DNA of 64,000 nucleotides from assembly GCF_006345805.1 (NCBI RefSeq), contig NW_021832273.1:1-64000 (forward strand). The letters are read 5' to 3'. The stretch's first letter is position 1. Each line of letters starts with the position of its first letter. A model generated the notes under the pieces. The model was not told the DNA's origin and made no database searches. It saw only the letters and a list, made by a program, of their open reading frames with translations. The stretch is from Octopus sinensis. Taxonomy: Eukaryota. The position numbers were made by a program, and so were the translations under genes. Positions 15,236 to 28,002 of this stretch are shown in pieces.

Positions 15236-18200
15236 TTTTTTTCCAATGCAATTAAATTTTTAATCAATTATTTAAGAATGACCCTAGGATAGCGTGTGAA
15301 TTTCCGCGGACAATTTCACACGAAATCCTCTGGAAGAGCCACGACGTCTCCCGCGGATCACCTGTTTTTTTGGTGATTAGACCACCCAATCTTCGAATGA
15401 ACGAAAAACTCTCTGATCCAAAGACTCCGGAAGTCTCCACAGCGATCGGCTGGAAAAGATATCTGTCTGCCAGGAAAGAGTATTTCTTTTTCTTCAACTC
15501 TTCTGAACGTTTTGCAGCAGAGTCAGGAAAGGATGCCGAACTTCCGAATGAAGAAGGTCCAAACGTGTCAGGGCAGGTAAAATCCCAAACAAGTGCTTTC
15601 CCTCTCGTGTACGGGTAGATGGTTACGCCGTCTGGGCGTTTGCCATCCCCTCTATCGAGACCAGCTGGTTCGAGTTGAGAGTGGAATCCGGCAGCGTCCA
15701 TGGCCCTTTTGATGATGTCATTGGCGGCGGAATGTCGGGGAAAACGACCGGCGCTACGAGTGCAAGAAAGTGGGTGCCTTCCCAATGGACCAATCCTCTT
15801 TTCACATTTGCAGGGGTGTGGGGTGCACATCGGTAAGCCGAGACGTAGACATAGGCCGTCAAGTTTACAGCCGGTAGACGCAATAGGACAAGCGCTTATC
15901 CAGGAGCCAGAATTGGGTTGTGCACCCGATCTGAGACATATGATCCGTTCTTGGTCCATGCACAGTTCGATAACTCTGTAAGTCTCCCTGCACCAGATTT
16001 CGTCCCAATGTCTCTGTGAAGATTCCACTTCGGGGAATCTCAGACCATGGCTGCTCCAAGACTCGAGGCCGTTTTGCATCCACCGACACGGGGTACATTC
16101 ATTTAAAGACTTGAGAATGACGCCGATGAGGGGACCACAAAATGATCGTGAGGCCAAATAGGCTGGAAGAGCCAAGTCGGTAGGTGAACGGAGACCGATA
16201 CCTCCCATACGAATAGGTAGGGAAACTTGTTTCCATGCGAGATCATCAAGTTGCACGTTACAAATAAGTTCGGCATGACGACGAATGATAGAGTCTATTG
16301 ACCCCAGATGTTTAGGATGAAGGAAACATGGAGATGAACGGAGGATATACAGAATTTTTGGAATGGATAAAAAATTCTTCAAGAGGAACAAGCCTTCATG
16401 TGCATTTAGCTGGGATAACCGACTCGCTGCTTGTTCCATATTTGATGTCTTTTCCATCAAAATTTTTTCCGTTGCCTCACCGTGGAGAGGAAAGCCGAGA
16501 ATAATAAGGTCTTCCTTTTGGGTTATTCTGATTTCAGGAATGAGTGAGGTAAAGTTTCTGTGGATTTCATCGAAAGAGGCCACGTTAAGATTAGTCAGCT
16601 CACACTTTGACGGATTCAAGGATAACCCGATGTGGCCGAGCCGAGAGGAAATCATAAGGGCGTCTTTGAGAACCTGATCTGCCGGGCCACCGATTGTGAC
16701 ATCGTCCAAGTACCAAATGTTTAGGGGAGATTTGACTGACATTGCTATAGGGTTGATACCCAATGCGAAAAGGAGTGGTCCGAGAGGATCACCCTGTTGT
16801 ACCCCGGTGGACGAGAGGATACTTGAACCCTCGAAAAGGAGGCTGGAACTGTGCTCGTAACAAAGTTTAGCGAACGGCATGATTTCAGGTAACTGAGTCA
16901 TACACTCTCCAAGGAAACAGGAACGGTCGATCGAATTGAACGCATTTCGCATGTCAATTTTCAAGATGACACAATTGTCAGACACATTCTTGGAAGCAAT
17001 AAACTCTCTGACTGAATGGGCTGATGCTTCACAACCTCCTCTGACACCGACACCCAATTGGATGTTTTTAAAGATGATCGGGTAGGAATGGGACCTACGA
17101 CTGCATAATATTTTGGCTGCAAGGCGTCTAAAAGTGCACCCAACAGAAATCGGTCTAATTCCGCCGTCCTTTTTATTAAGGGCGGTGAGGCTTCCAGACA
17201 TGAAGAGAGAACGTGCGAAATCAGAGATATGGCCACTGATGAAAAGGGTTATCAGGTCGCATATTGAATCAATTAGGTTCACACCTGCATCAGACTAATT
17301 GAGTGATAAAAGGTCGCGAATGTGACCGGGACGAAGGCCGTCTAACCCCCCACTACTGGAGGGTCGGAATGATTTGAGATTATAAAGGAGCTCTTCTTTG
17401 CTCACTTTTTTAACTTCGGTAAAATGAGGACGAGAAAGGAATTCTAGATCATTTTTAACGTCGGGATGTTTTTCCCTTAACAGCTCGAGAGTCCTGTCCC
17501 CAATAGAGGCAAATGAGTCGTTACTGCAAAGAATTCTTAGAGCGGCAGTGAAGTCACCTTCCAATAGTTTGGAATGGATTCTTTTACTGAAATTGCATTC
17601 GGAGGTGTTATTCGATGTTTTGGGAAAAACATATTTCTGGGAAAGAAAAAAGGAAATAGTATGATTCCGATATAAGAGGATGGAGTTCTTAAGCCTCAAA
17701 GCCAGGGATTCGGAAGAGCCTTTGCTAGTGTATAGGTTCAGGGCGAATACGGGGAAACAGAAAAGTTTGGCCCAGTCCTCGTTTTGGTTGGTATTTATGG
17801 CTTTACGGATCAATGTGCATAGGGATTCAGCGGCTGTAGCACGTGAGCCTTTTGGCAGTCTGATGGGGATCTTCTTTAAGAGGCGGAAATTCGAAAGAAA
17901 TTGCAAAATGACAACAGATGTATAACTATTGAACGAGGAATCGTCAGCAGGAGTGCTGGGAATAGGCTTAGGAGGGTCGATTAGGCAAGTGTTAGATAAA
18001 ACAACACCCTCTAGAGTCTAGACAATTGAGACATCTCCATAGAGGAATACGGGAAGATGAGGCCTTAGATAGACCTACACACGATAGGTGGTAAAAATTG
18101 CCGCAGGAGGAGCATACCCTTCCACTCTTGCGCGAATTGGTACAGTTGCACGAGTAGCATAGAGAACTCATTAAACGTATAGGATGAAAGAATTTACAAT

Positions 18201-18369
18201 AATCAAAAATTAAACAGTGAAAAAAAAAGGACAGAAAAGAAAAAAGATTATATAAGGAAAGAGATTGATATGGAATGAGATCGATACCACAACAAGAATG
18301 TACGATAAGAAAAATTGATACCACCACAACAAGAATGTACGAAACTGGTTGCGGCTTAAAATAGATTGC
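15236..18369 (-). mobile_element. Near full-length CRE-clade non-LTR retrotransposon (PHD finger, RT, zinc finger, restriction-like endonuclease); ORF ~18171-15264 with one frameshift and one in-frame TAG
   Basis: RT motifs KIDMRNAFNS, GVQQGDPLGP and WYLDD; C-x-C...HPLSC; RPDG...WDFT endonuclease. PHD-type CxxC...CxxC...HxxC...WxCxxC near 18020-18160. Short poly(A); TSD TCGATT at 15230-35 and 18370-75. Confidence 0.9.
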
Positions 18370-18470
18370 TCGATTATAATTATAAATTTCAAATGTCATC
18401 TGGATAATTCAATTTGTCAATTATAAATTTCAAATGTCATCTGAAAAAATCAATTTGTCAATGTCATCTG

Positions 18471-19210
18471 AAATAATTGAAGCATATGAAAATTTTGGCG
18501 ATTGACAGTCTCTATGCTCCTCTCTTGGAGTTAATTTGAGAACAGCTTATCATTGGAATGAAAATAAAAATAAAGAAAGACATCTAAGAGGAGGTAAAAG
18601 ACATTCAAAAAAAAATCAAATAAATATAAATAAATTAATCAGTTGGATTGAATTTGATCCTCAGATCACTTTGAAAGAATGTGCGGAGAAAATACGAAAT
18701 AATTATTCAATGTCTGTGTCGGTTACAACAGTAAAAAATTGGCTTGATGGGGAATTAATTTCTCTCAAAACCTGTCGACCAATAATTGCAAATGTAAATT
18801 CACCTGAAAATAAAGAAAAAAGAATATATTATTTGGATTGCTTGTTTAAAGCAAGGTCTGCTGGAAGAACTTTAATTTGGATCGATGAATCCAATTTTAA
18901 TTTATATTGCAAGAGAAAAGAAGGACGATCAAAAATAAGATCTCGTTCTTTTGTCATTACTCCAAATTCGAGAAGCTCTAACTTATATTGTATAAGTGCA
19001 ATGTCTGCTTCAACATTGTTTAATTTTCAATGCAAAAGAGGTTCTTACAGAGGAGAAGATTGTAAAAAATGGATGAAAGAGTTAATTAATGAATGCAGAT
19101 CTTCATGCGTACAGGTCTTCAGGCGTACAATGGATGAAAGGGATTTGTTAACCGGGTTGAAAGGTATTATCCCCGAGTTACTCGTGGTGAGGACCTTTTT
19201 GATTTTTAAT
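18471..19210 (+). pseudogene. IS630/Tc1-like DDE transposase remnant, internally deleted
   Basis: RTLIWIDESNFN first-Asp motif. Near-identical to 54952-55640. 19131-19206 reads WMKGIC/NRVERYYPRVTRGEDLFDF* (one frameshift), resembling a transposase C-terminus. Confidence 0.8.
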
Positions 19211-19240
19211 TTACCAAATAAAATTTGTTCTGTTTCCCAT

Positions 19241-20474
19241 TTTAAATTTTTCCCAATAATAAATTAATAGTTAATCAGAAACTAAGCAGATCTCACTCCA
19301 GCTCGCTGATATCCACTCTCCTTCTCTTGGAAGAAAAGTCTACTTCCAGCTGCATCTTACTCCCCACTACCACATCTGATTCAACCATTGCATCTTCTTA
19401 GCATTCATTGGGTCGTCTTCATTTTTGCATGCCATCTCCACATACCGGTTGGAAGCAGAAGCGTATTCTTCACCAGATACCTTCATTCCGTGCTTGTGTT
19501 CGATCATCATACTCTCGAGCGTTCTTTTCAGTACAACGGATTGGATGTATGTCCTCGTTCCTGCTTCAATAGATAGTTTCTTCATATAATTTTTGAAGCA
19601 TTTCGAGACAACTCCATCCTATGTCATAACCACCGGAATTATTTTTACTTGACAGCTATACAGAAGCGAAAGCTCACTTGCCATAGGTCATACTTGTGAC
19701 ACTTTTCAACCTCCACTTGCTTGAGGCGATCCTGTGAAGTAATACCCACTTCAATTAGATTTATTTCGTTTCTGACTTTGTCGTGGACAAAGATATCTGG
19801 CTTGTTATATTCTACTTTTGTTTCGGTGAGGATTGTAGAATCAACCCTGATTTCAACTTTTCCGTCGACAGTGTTGACTGAACAGAATGTCCCTTCAATC
19901 GTCTTGCTTTTTTGAGTCCATACATTCGGCACAAGTTAAGGTGAATACACTTCACAACTTCGTTGTGTCTCCGGAGATAATCACTGTTGAGCATTTTACC
20001 ACACTGAGTAGCCATGTGGTCAACAGTTTTCTTGCTTTTCTTACAATGATTGCATAATGGGTCAGCGGATGCAAAGAACAAGTTTCGATCTTGCAAAAGA
20101 CAATACAATGCTTCGCTTCGTGGCCCATTATTTCCATTAGATAGCCATTCTGAGGATGCAGGTAAATCAACATTAGATTCATCCACATATTTGAAAAGCA
20201 CAGAATGTAGTGCTTTAGAACTAATTTTCTTTTGTAAATATTGTATCTGACTGGACTTTAGAGACTCCATAGTAATACTCTTCTTATCAATAATTGCATA
20301 TTTGGAGGATAGAAATCCTGCGATCATAGCCAAATGCCATTTATTCATTTTAATTACACGCAGAATCCCCGCCCTCCGTAAGCATATAGTTGACATATTT
20401 TCCAGACTCGTAAGGAACTGAAAGAGCATTAGTTCACTTTTGAAAGTAACTGATGAAAGCCCTCTTCCAAGAGC
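19241..20474 (-). mobile_element. 5'-truncated R4/Dong-like retrotransposon, same family as 42190-45803
   Basis: Near-identical to 44580-45800 (CNHCKK...DHMATQC, KPDIFVHDK, LIEVG) with the same 3' end TTAACTATTAATTTATTATTG. Confidence 0.9.
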
Positions 20475-20654
20475 CTTCAGGCGTACAATGGATGAAAGGG
20501 ATTTGTTAACCGGGTTGAAAGGTATTATCCCCGAGTTACTCGTGGTGAGGACCTTTTTGATTTTTAATTTACCAAATAAAATTTGTTCTGTTTCCCATAA
20601 CATGATTACAATTAGTATATACAATATTTTGATAAAATGCAAACTTGAATTTCA

Positions 20655-21390
20655 AAATTGTAAATTTGAGTTTTGCAGATGACATTTGAAGTTTATAATC
20701 GACAAATTGAATTATCCAGATGACATTTGAAATTTATAATTGACAAAGGCCTGATGGCTCGACGTTGTTCGCTTTCGACGCTGGTAAACCACTAGTTTGG
20801 GATGCCACGTGTGTTGATTCCTTCTCCAAGTCGGCCATCAACGAATCCGCCTCTCTGCCCGGGTCCCGTGCTAATAGGGCTGAACATACAAAATCCGAAA
20901 AATACCGGGGCTTGTTAGACGGCTTTTGGTTTTGGCCAATTGTTGTTGAGACTTTGTGCGTCTTTGGCACAAAGACAGTTGATCATCTAAAGAAACTTGG
21001 CCACCTCTGTTCTTTACGCTCCAAGGATCCTAGGGAATTTACTTTCCTAATCCAAAGGATCCTGTTGGCCGTTGTGCGTGGGAACAGCTGTTCCATCCGG
21101 CTTGCTGGCCGATTAATTTCTGATTAATTTGGCTTTTCATATTTTTTTAATAAATACCTTTAATCAAAAAAAAAAAAAAAAAATTGAGTTTTTCAGATGA
21201 CATTTGAAATTTATAATTGACAACTTGATTTTTTCAGATGACATTTGAAATTTACAATTGACAAATTGATTTTTTCAGATGACATTTGAAATTTATAATC
21301 GACAAATTAATTTTTTCAGATGACATTTGAAATTTATAATTGACAAATTGAATTATCCAGATGACATTTGAAATTTGTAATTGTAAATTT
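20655..21390 (-). repeat. ~37-bp subterminal tandem repeat, right arm (inverted relative to left arm)
   Basis: GACAAATTGATTTTTTCAGATGACATTTGAAATTTATAATT units at 20655-20747 and 21184-21390. Confidence 0.9.
20748..21183 (+). mobile_element. 5'-truncated CRE-clade element
   Basis: Begins at (K)RPDG and reads PLVWDATCVD...LLAVVRGNS; poly(A) 21166-21183. Interrupts the repeat at GACAAA|TTGA. Confidence 0.88.
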
Positions 21391-21446
21391 GGGGTTCATA
21401 AGTGCCAAATTGACTTGAAAATGGTATAGTTTCTTGGTTTCCAATT

Positions 21447-21765
21447 GTATTGTCAGGATATGCTTCACAGAACTACGAAAAAATTGAAAAATTAAAATAT
21501 TCAGAGCTCAAAGACAGGTTCATAGTGCAACCGATTATTGTGGAGTCATCTGGAGTCTTCGGTCCGGAATCAATCTCTTTCATTAGGAAACTTGGATCCC
21601 TGATCTCGGTTCAGACGAAAGATAGAAGGGAGACCGAATGGCTGTTTCAACGCCTTTCAACAACCGTTGTCAGGGGTAATAGCCACGCTATCCTTTCTGC
21701 TCTTAAGCAACCTTAATTAACTTATATTTTCTTTTGTTAAATAAATATTAATCTTAAAAAAATTA
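21447..21765 (+). mobile_element. CRE-clade 3' fragment
   Basis: KLKYSELKDRFIVQPIIVESSGVFG...VVRGNSHAIL, followed by an A-rich tail. Confidence 0.8.
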
Positions 21766-22149
21766 CCTTCATTAATTTATGACAAAAGAAGTACTAATAA
21801 AACTGATTTTGTTTTATTTCGTAACGGAAGAACTGCACAAGAATCTGAATATAAAATAATAATTGTTTTTTTGTTATTTAATAGTAAAATCACGTTCCTC
21901 ATATTAAATTAAAGTTAGAAAACTTCTACAAAATATTAGAAGTTGATTATTCATTCAGATTTTGGATAATAACAAAAGAGCGGGAAATATTTTTTAGTAT
22001 TTTACACTTTTTGTATTTTCAAAAATAGATTTTGATCATGTTTAAGCAGGAATCAACGTTATTTATGCATACAGCAATTTTTATCATTTCGACATAAAAA
22101 CAAAAACAAATAATTTTACTTCTGCCTATTTGTGCATTTCAGAATTTAA

Positions 22150-22469
22150 CACCTGTAGAAAAGTAAAAGATTTTTGCAAAAGTAAAAATAAATTCTTTGT
22201 TTCGATTCAAAAAAGGAATTTTTATTCTAATCAATTACAATTAATTCTTACATTTGTTCTCCCATATGGACATGTAGAATTGATACCACTGTTGAAATAA
22301 TGAAAATGAAAGGTTCAATTGGTTCAGTAATATTGTAGATGTTTATATATATGTGGCGGTAAATATCAGTATTTTGATTTTCTTTGGCATACTCATAGAA
22401 AGTAATAAAATTCAAATTATAATTTTCTCAATCTAACGCTTCCGGCGCCGTAACGCTTCCGGACTGCGA
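22150..22469 (-). mobile_element. Possible decayed Ginger-like 5' end
   Basis: TGTCGCAG terminus at 22469 on the minus strand, followed by a degenerate frame resembling the N-terminus of the other Ginger copies. Confidence 0.3.
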
Positions 22470-22489
22470 CATTTGATAATACTGTCGAA

Positions 22490-23520
22490 TCATAAGCTAA
22501 AACAGTGATTCTCAACTTTTTTCACGCAAGAGCATCCCATCTTTTTATTCATTCTTTCAAAATACGGTGAATTCATATCTGGGGACGAAAAATTAAAAAT
22601 AGTGTTATTCGTTTCTAACGATGCCTCAATATTTTCATCTAAGTTATAAATGAAATAAAAACCTGGTATTTCACTAATCACGATGTTAATTCCAGAAATA
22701 CGCCTAAACTTTTTGAACGGCGTCTCATTTTTTGCCGTGTGATGTGACGTATTATAGGAAAATGTGACTTTTTCTAAAAATTGTTTCCAATTTTTACTTT
22801 CCTTCATTTCCATCATTTTGGCCAGAGCACGAGTTAAAGTTTGGTTAAACCTCTCAATTACACCCTAAGTTATATAAACTAACAAACTTATGACTGAGGA
22901 TGGTTTGGCCTTCCATAAATATGCTTAATTTTGTTTTCCTTGCATAGTTGAGCCATAAGTTGGTTTTTGAATACAAACCCGTTGTTCGTTTGCAAGATCT
23001 GACAATATCCAATTTGATAAAACAATTTTTGGAATTTATTCACCACTTCTTCAATTAAATTTTAAGTCTTACCAGAAGCAGTTTTATTTTTTAAAGATTT
23101 GCAGACAACAAATTTGCTGTGGATGTCAATAATTGTTAGTATCCAATTACATCCATCGTTAAACTCTTTATATCTTCTAACATCAATAAGATCCGCCTGG
23201 AATCTTTCATTGGGTTTTCCTGCAGATACATGGTAATTAGAATCCGACACATAGGTATATTTTTTTAAAAATACTTTCAATGGTAGGGCAAATTTACAAA
23301 TTTCGCAGTCTTTTATAATTTGTTCGATGATTGGACGTTTTAAAGTGAAATAAAATTCACTGCACTTTTTCTGAAGCTTTCGTATTCCCCAGTGGGATTC
23401 TTGGTGAATGGCGAATGCTAGTGTCCTCATCTCCATTTCATTGTCCAGACAAATGACCAATTTGTGTTTTTGGTTATTCTCGTCCTTTAGATAAAGACCA
23501 TGAGTTAGGAGTCGCAAATA
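22490..23520 (-). pseudogene. Ginger/TDD-like integrase-type transposase (copy G3) with micro-introns at 22639-22662, 23049-23072 and 23251-23274
   Basis: HHCC motif (IHQESH...CEIC) and ERFQADLID. After splicing the frame continues KTAS|EVVNKF...LQTNNGFVF (catalytic positions mutated) and GVIERFNQT. Confidence 0.78.
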
Positions 23521-23540
23521 TACCGATCATTATTTAACTT

Positions 23541-24920
23541 GATCGTCGAATTTGATGTTTATGATGCGTTCGGTTGTTTTCCGGAAAAGGACATTAATAG
23601 AATGAAGTTGATCATTTTCTGAGAAGCAGGGTGACCCTCGTAGCACATGATTTAATTTTTGGATGCCAAGGGCATTTTTGAGCAGGAAGAAGGCTCTATT
23701 TGGGTCCAACAAATTAAGACGAACAAAAGTCTTTTCCAGTAGCATTTCCTTGGTTTCAAGAGCGTCCTTGATTCCACCATCTGTCAATGGGCAGCCTAAT
23801 ATCTCCAGACTGATACTAGGCGTGATGGACGCTCCGGGAATTATCTCACTGAAAGAGGAAACAATAACCTCGAATTCATCACGACGGAACCCAAAATTAA
23901 TGATTTTACTTTTTGAAGTGTTCAGTATAAGACCAACGCATTCAAGTCTCGGAATTAGGTCAACGAGTGTCTTGAAGACAGTTTCGGGATGACCTCCGAG
24001 GGTGCAGTCATCAAGGTACCAAACATTCAGCGTGGTTGAGCAGCTCTTTGCAATGTGATTAATCCCAAGGCAAAAGAGAACAATGGGTCTCCTTGTTGAA
24101 CTCCCGAGGACGAGGAAATATGGTAAGGGCCATGGACGAGGGTGAATGGTTTCGCGTATGAGCTGAGTACATAGTTGTATATTTCGGGACAAAATTCAAG
24201 ACAGTTCTCCAATATAGAGTCGCGGCGAATGGTGTTAAATTCATTACAGCTGTCCAATTTAACAATAATATGGGGGGTATTGTTGTTTATGTGGTTGAAT
24301 ATACGTATCGGTCTCAAAGTTTGTGAACCACACAAATGCCTCTGTGGTGCATCGATTGATCAATTTGGACTTCACCCTCTTTCCTGTCGAAAAAGCGCTG
24401 GTAGATTCCCGAGGCATTCAGCTCTCAACGACGTCATAAGAAGAGCTCTCGATTCAATCGGATTCCCATCAGTGCTGGAACCACCTGGATTGGACCGAGG
24501 AGATGGAAAACGCCCAGACGGGATGACTATCTTTCCGTTTTTGGAAGTAAAGCCTCTCGTATGGGATTCAACATGTTCCGACTCCTTGTCCAAGACAAAC
24601 ATGTTGGAAAGTGCCTGCAATGCCGGCACAGCTGCGGATAAAGCAGAGGACATCAAGAAGAAGAAATATGATGGGCTCACCGATCGTTACGTTTTCCCGG
24701 CAGGTTGCTGTCGAAACCCTGGGATCGATTGGGAAGGAGTCGTTGTCCTTCCTCAAGTGTATTGAACGTCTCAAGACCTTAAGAACACACAATCCTCTTG
24801 AGACGAGATGGCTTCTCCAGAACGTGTTCCAAGCAATAGTGAGGGGAAACAGGATCGCCATCAGTTCTTCTTCTTTACATACAACTGTTTTACTTTAATT
24901 GATAATTAAATTAAAAAAAA
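23541..24920. mobile_element. CRE-clade element with inverted 5' segment (RT on minus 23541-~24290; endonuclease on plus ~24290-24898)
   Basis: GVQQGDP and WYLDD on the minus strand; HKCLCG...HPLSC...RPDG on the plus strand. A-tail 24913-20; candidate TSD TT(A/C)TTTAACTT at 23530-40 and 24921-31. Confidence 0.8.
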
Positions 24921-24931
24921 TTCTTTAACTT

Positions 24932-26470
24932 TTCACAGAATGTAATTATTGTAACTCTGACGTCAAACATAGTTACAAAATCTCCCTGCAATTTCAAGGA
25001 AATTTCATTCAATTTAGCAAAAATCCAATTTAAATAATAGATATATTTTTCATTTTCGGAAATCGATCTTGCTAATTCATCTTCATTTTTCGATTCAAGA
25101 AAGTCTTAAATAGTTGGTAAAAGGTTTACAAATCTTTGTAAAGCAGTGCCTTTGGACAACCAGCGAACCTATAGAATATGAAAAACAAAAATAAACTTCA
25201 GTATGATACAAGAGTCTTAAATAATCCTCATTCCTATCTATACAAAATTTCCTAAAGATCCTATCGGATTTTGTACTTGTTTTAATTCGATTGATCGTTT
25301 TTATGACAAAATTCAGAACTTGATTTAAAAAAGCGGAAATTTTTTTCGAAACAAGATGAGGCGGTGTAGTACGCAATGAATATGAATTAAATTCGGACAT
25401 TTTTGTTTCAAAAAAGACGCAAATCCTTTGTACTTCCCAACCATGGCCATTGCACCGTCTGTAGCACATGTAATTAACTTGGAAAATGGAATTTGTTTTT
25501 CTTCAAAATACGTTTTCAATACATTAAAAATTGACTCTCCGGTAGATTCTGTTATCAAAGGTCTGATAAACAAAATCTCTTCACAAATTTTCTAAGTATA
25601 TTTTTTAAGGAATCTTCGACGCTTTCAGCCATTTCGTCAATTCGGCGACGAATCGTATCATTACTCAAAGGTAAATTCTAGCCACATCAAAATGGTCGCA
25701 CTACTTTTAAAATTTCAGATGGATTATGTCCCAAAAAATTGGTGAACTTTCTCTTGCAATATCTTTGTTTTTACGCGATAATATGCAGCATGATTGGGCC
25801 GAGTTAATGAGTTTTTTTAACCATTCTAAATGAGTTTAATTTGTAAATGCAGGGTAACATTTTTATTAATTTATTTAAAGGTCTTTATATCAATTGTAAA
25901 GGTCAATCAAATGATAATGGCTTTTAAGAAAAAATTATTATTATGAAATTAAAAAAAGAAATAACATCAATGTTCCCAATGCTTGAATATCATCTCGGAT
26001 ACAATCCACCTTATAATTTTTTTCTAAGTCTAATAATCAAGCACCTGGAAATCTCAAGAAAAAAATTGATGGTTATTTTCCAGTTGAAGATCCAATTCCA
26101 AACTGGATCGTTCAACCTTTCTTGACTTCATTTAAAGAATATAAAAAACTCAATTTTTAGAAGAGCTTGATTCAACCTCAATGTAATCAGTCTGCTCAGA
26201 TTATTTTTGAATACTTCATTATTCGATTTTTGATATTCTCATTAATAATTACTACTTATTTTTAGGTGTCAGATTGTGCAAGAATTCCCCATTTTAAGTA
26301 AAACTGCATTGGAATCAATACTTGCATTCCAAACTACTTATCACTGTGAAATGGCGATGTCGTGCCTGACTTTTCTAAAAACAAGTAGACTACAGGTACA
26401 AAATGATATGCAAGTAGCTTAATTAAACATAGAGCCTAACATAAGTAAAATTATTCTGGACAAACAAGAT
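24932..26470. pseudogene. hAT (Buster/ZBED5-like) transposase remnant, partly inverted, with micro-introns
   Basis: Minus strand: TCATDGAMAM, HIHCVLHR and LLYHTE|VRWLSKG (28-nt intron 25169-25196). Plus strand: FDF(W)|CQIVQEFPIL...FQTTYHCE. Confidence 0.85.
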
Positions 26471-26699
26471 CAAAATTACTGTTAAATTGTCTGTTATTTT
26501 GATAATTTTTATATAATAAATAGTCGAACATGTATTTGAAGAAGTCAAAAACTATGCGCTAGAACATTATATCCTCGCGTATTAAAAAATGACATAAATA
26601 GTGATAGTTTAGTTGCAGAATGTACAGAAATATTGTATCTATATACTATATTGCTTAATGCAGCAGTCCATATCTTTTCTTTTCCATATAGTTCCTTTT

Positions 26700-27502
26700 G
26701 AAGCCATCTGCAGAGAGTTTGGTTGCAACGCTCTACTTGGCCTTGAGACTCGGGATGCCTTGGTCGTCCTCTCTTATGATTATTTTAAATTGTTGGCATA
26801 AGGAATCTATTTCCGTATTCACAAATTCTTTTCCATTGTCAGTTTGGATTATTTTTGGGGGGCCATAAGATTCAAAAATACGTCTTAGGAACTCTGATAC
26901 TGTAACAGCTTCCTTATGAGAATAGCTCTTGCAAAACAGAATTTGGAATAAATCTCGATTACATTCATTAGATACTTATATGAATTATTTAAAGAAAAAT
27001 AAAGTGATAGATCAACCAAATCAATATGGTACCTAGAATAAATGATTAAAGAAACCGTTCTCGTGGTGATTTTGCTACAATATGAACAATTGTAGACTTA
27101 TTTTTAATCAATGGATTAGTTTGTTTGCATTTTGGGCACATAGAAGTTACTTCTCTGATTATGAATCTTTTTATAAGAAGAAAATTATTTCTGCAGTATT
27201 CTTCCATCATGTTTAATCCAAAATGAAACTGAGAATGAATCCGATCATAATGATATTTCATTGTTTCATGATCATTCAAACGAATTACTTGCTTATTTTC
27301 ACCATTTATTTCATTAAAATAAAGTGTTCCTGAAATGAGATAGGAAAATACCTCCGATTAAAATGAAATTCTTGCATTTTTGTAAAAATCTTGATTTTTG
27401 TGTTCTTGACAATCGCTTTGGAAATTTCTCATGTTGTAAATACTGAAGAATATCATTATATTCATTATCATCTTTGACTGCATTAGCTATTCTCATTTGC
27501 AA
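26700..27502 (-). pseudogene. Ginger/TDD-like integrase-type transposase (copy G2) with introns at 27033-27055 and 27330-27351
   Basis: Splicing joins track ORFs (ILIGG|TLYF, SPRE|RYHIDLVD). IHSQFH...CPKC motif; IQTDNGKEF and SQGQVERCNQ after frameshifts. Confidence 0.82.
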
Positions 27503-28002
27503 AAATAATAGTTACCGGCAGACAACAATTAAATGACATTTGAAGGTTAAAATGCAAGGCTAAATTGTTACACGTCTGGCGCCCGTTTCAGTTATGGCGC
27601 GTGACAATTATTATTTGTTTTTCTTGTGATGCACTAGAAAATTTTGTATTTATAAAAATTGAATTTGTACACAATATTTTCATTATCATGAACGTTTTTA
27701 CATTTTATTTATCTATTTTCTGTTTATTTTCACTATTCATTATTGTTGTGTTTGTTGGCTATTCGTATCCTCTCTTATACCAAAGGAGTCGATTAGAAGG
27801 CATCAATAAATGCTGATAAACACTATTAACCGTGATTAGTAGATCTTTTGATTTGGTTTTTATATAAAGACAGTATTATTGTATACAATCTGTTGATTTT
27901 AATTTTCTTTATACCCTTTAATTTGATCTTTCTTTTACAGTATGGTCTAAAAATATTACACCCCTTGACTTTTTGACAAAAAATCAATTTTCGATACTAA
28001 TA

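Larger units (their letters stand above)
14883..21426 (+). mobile_element. IS630/Tc1-like DNA transposon copy 1 with nested retroelements
   Basis: Perfect 21-bp TIR TACCATTTTCAAGTCAATTTG at 14883 and inverted ending 21426. TA duplications at 14881-82 and 21427-28. ~37-bp tandem repeats inside both ends, and an internal transposase remnant. Confidence 0.85.

Noticed and set aside
27566-27606. 41-bp imperfect palindrome with TGT...ACA ends as a mini-Ginger
   Set aside because: No clear TSD and no matching second end in the window.
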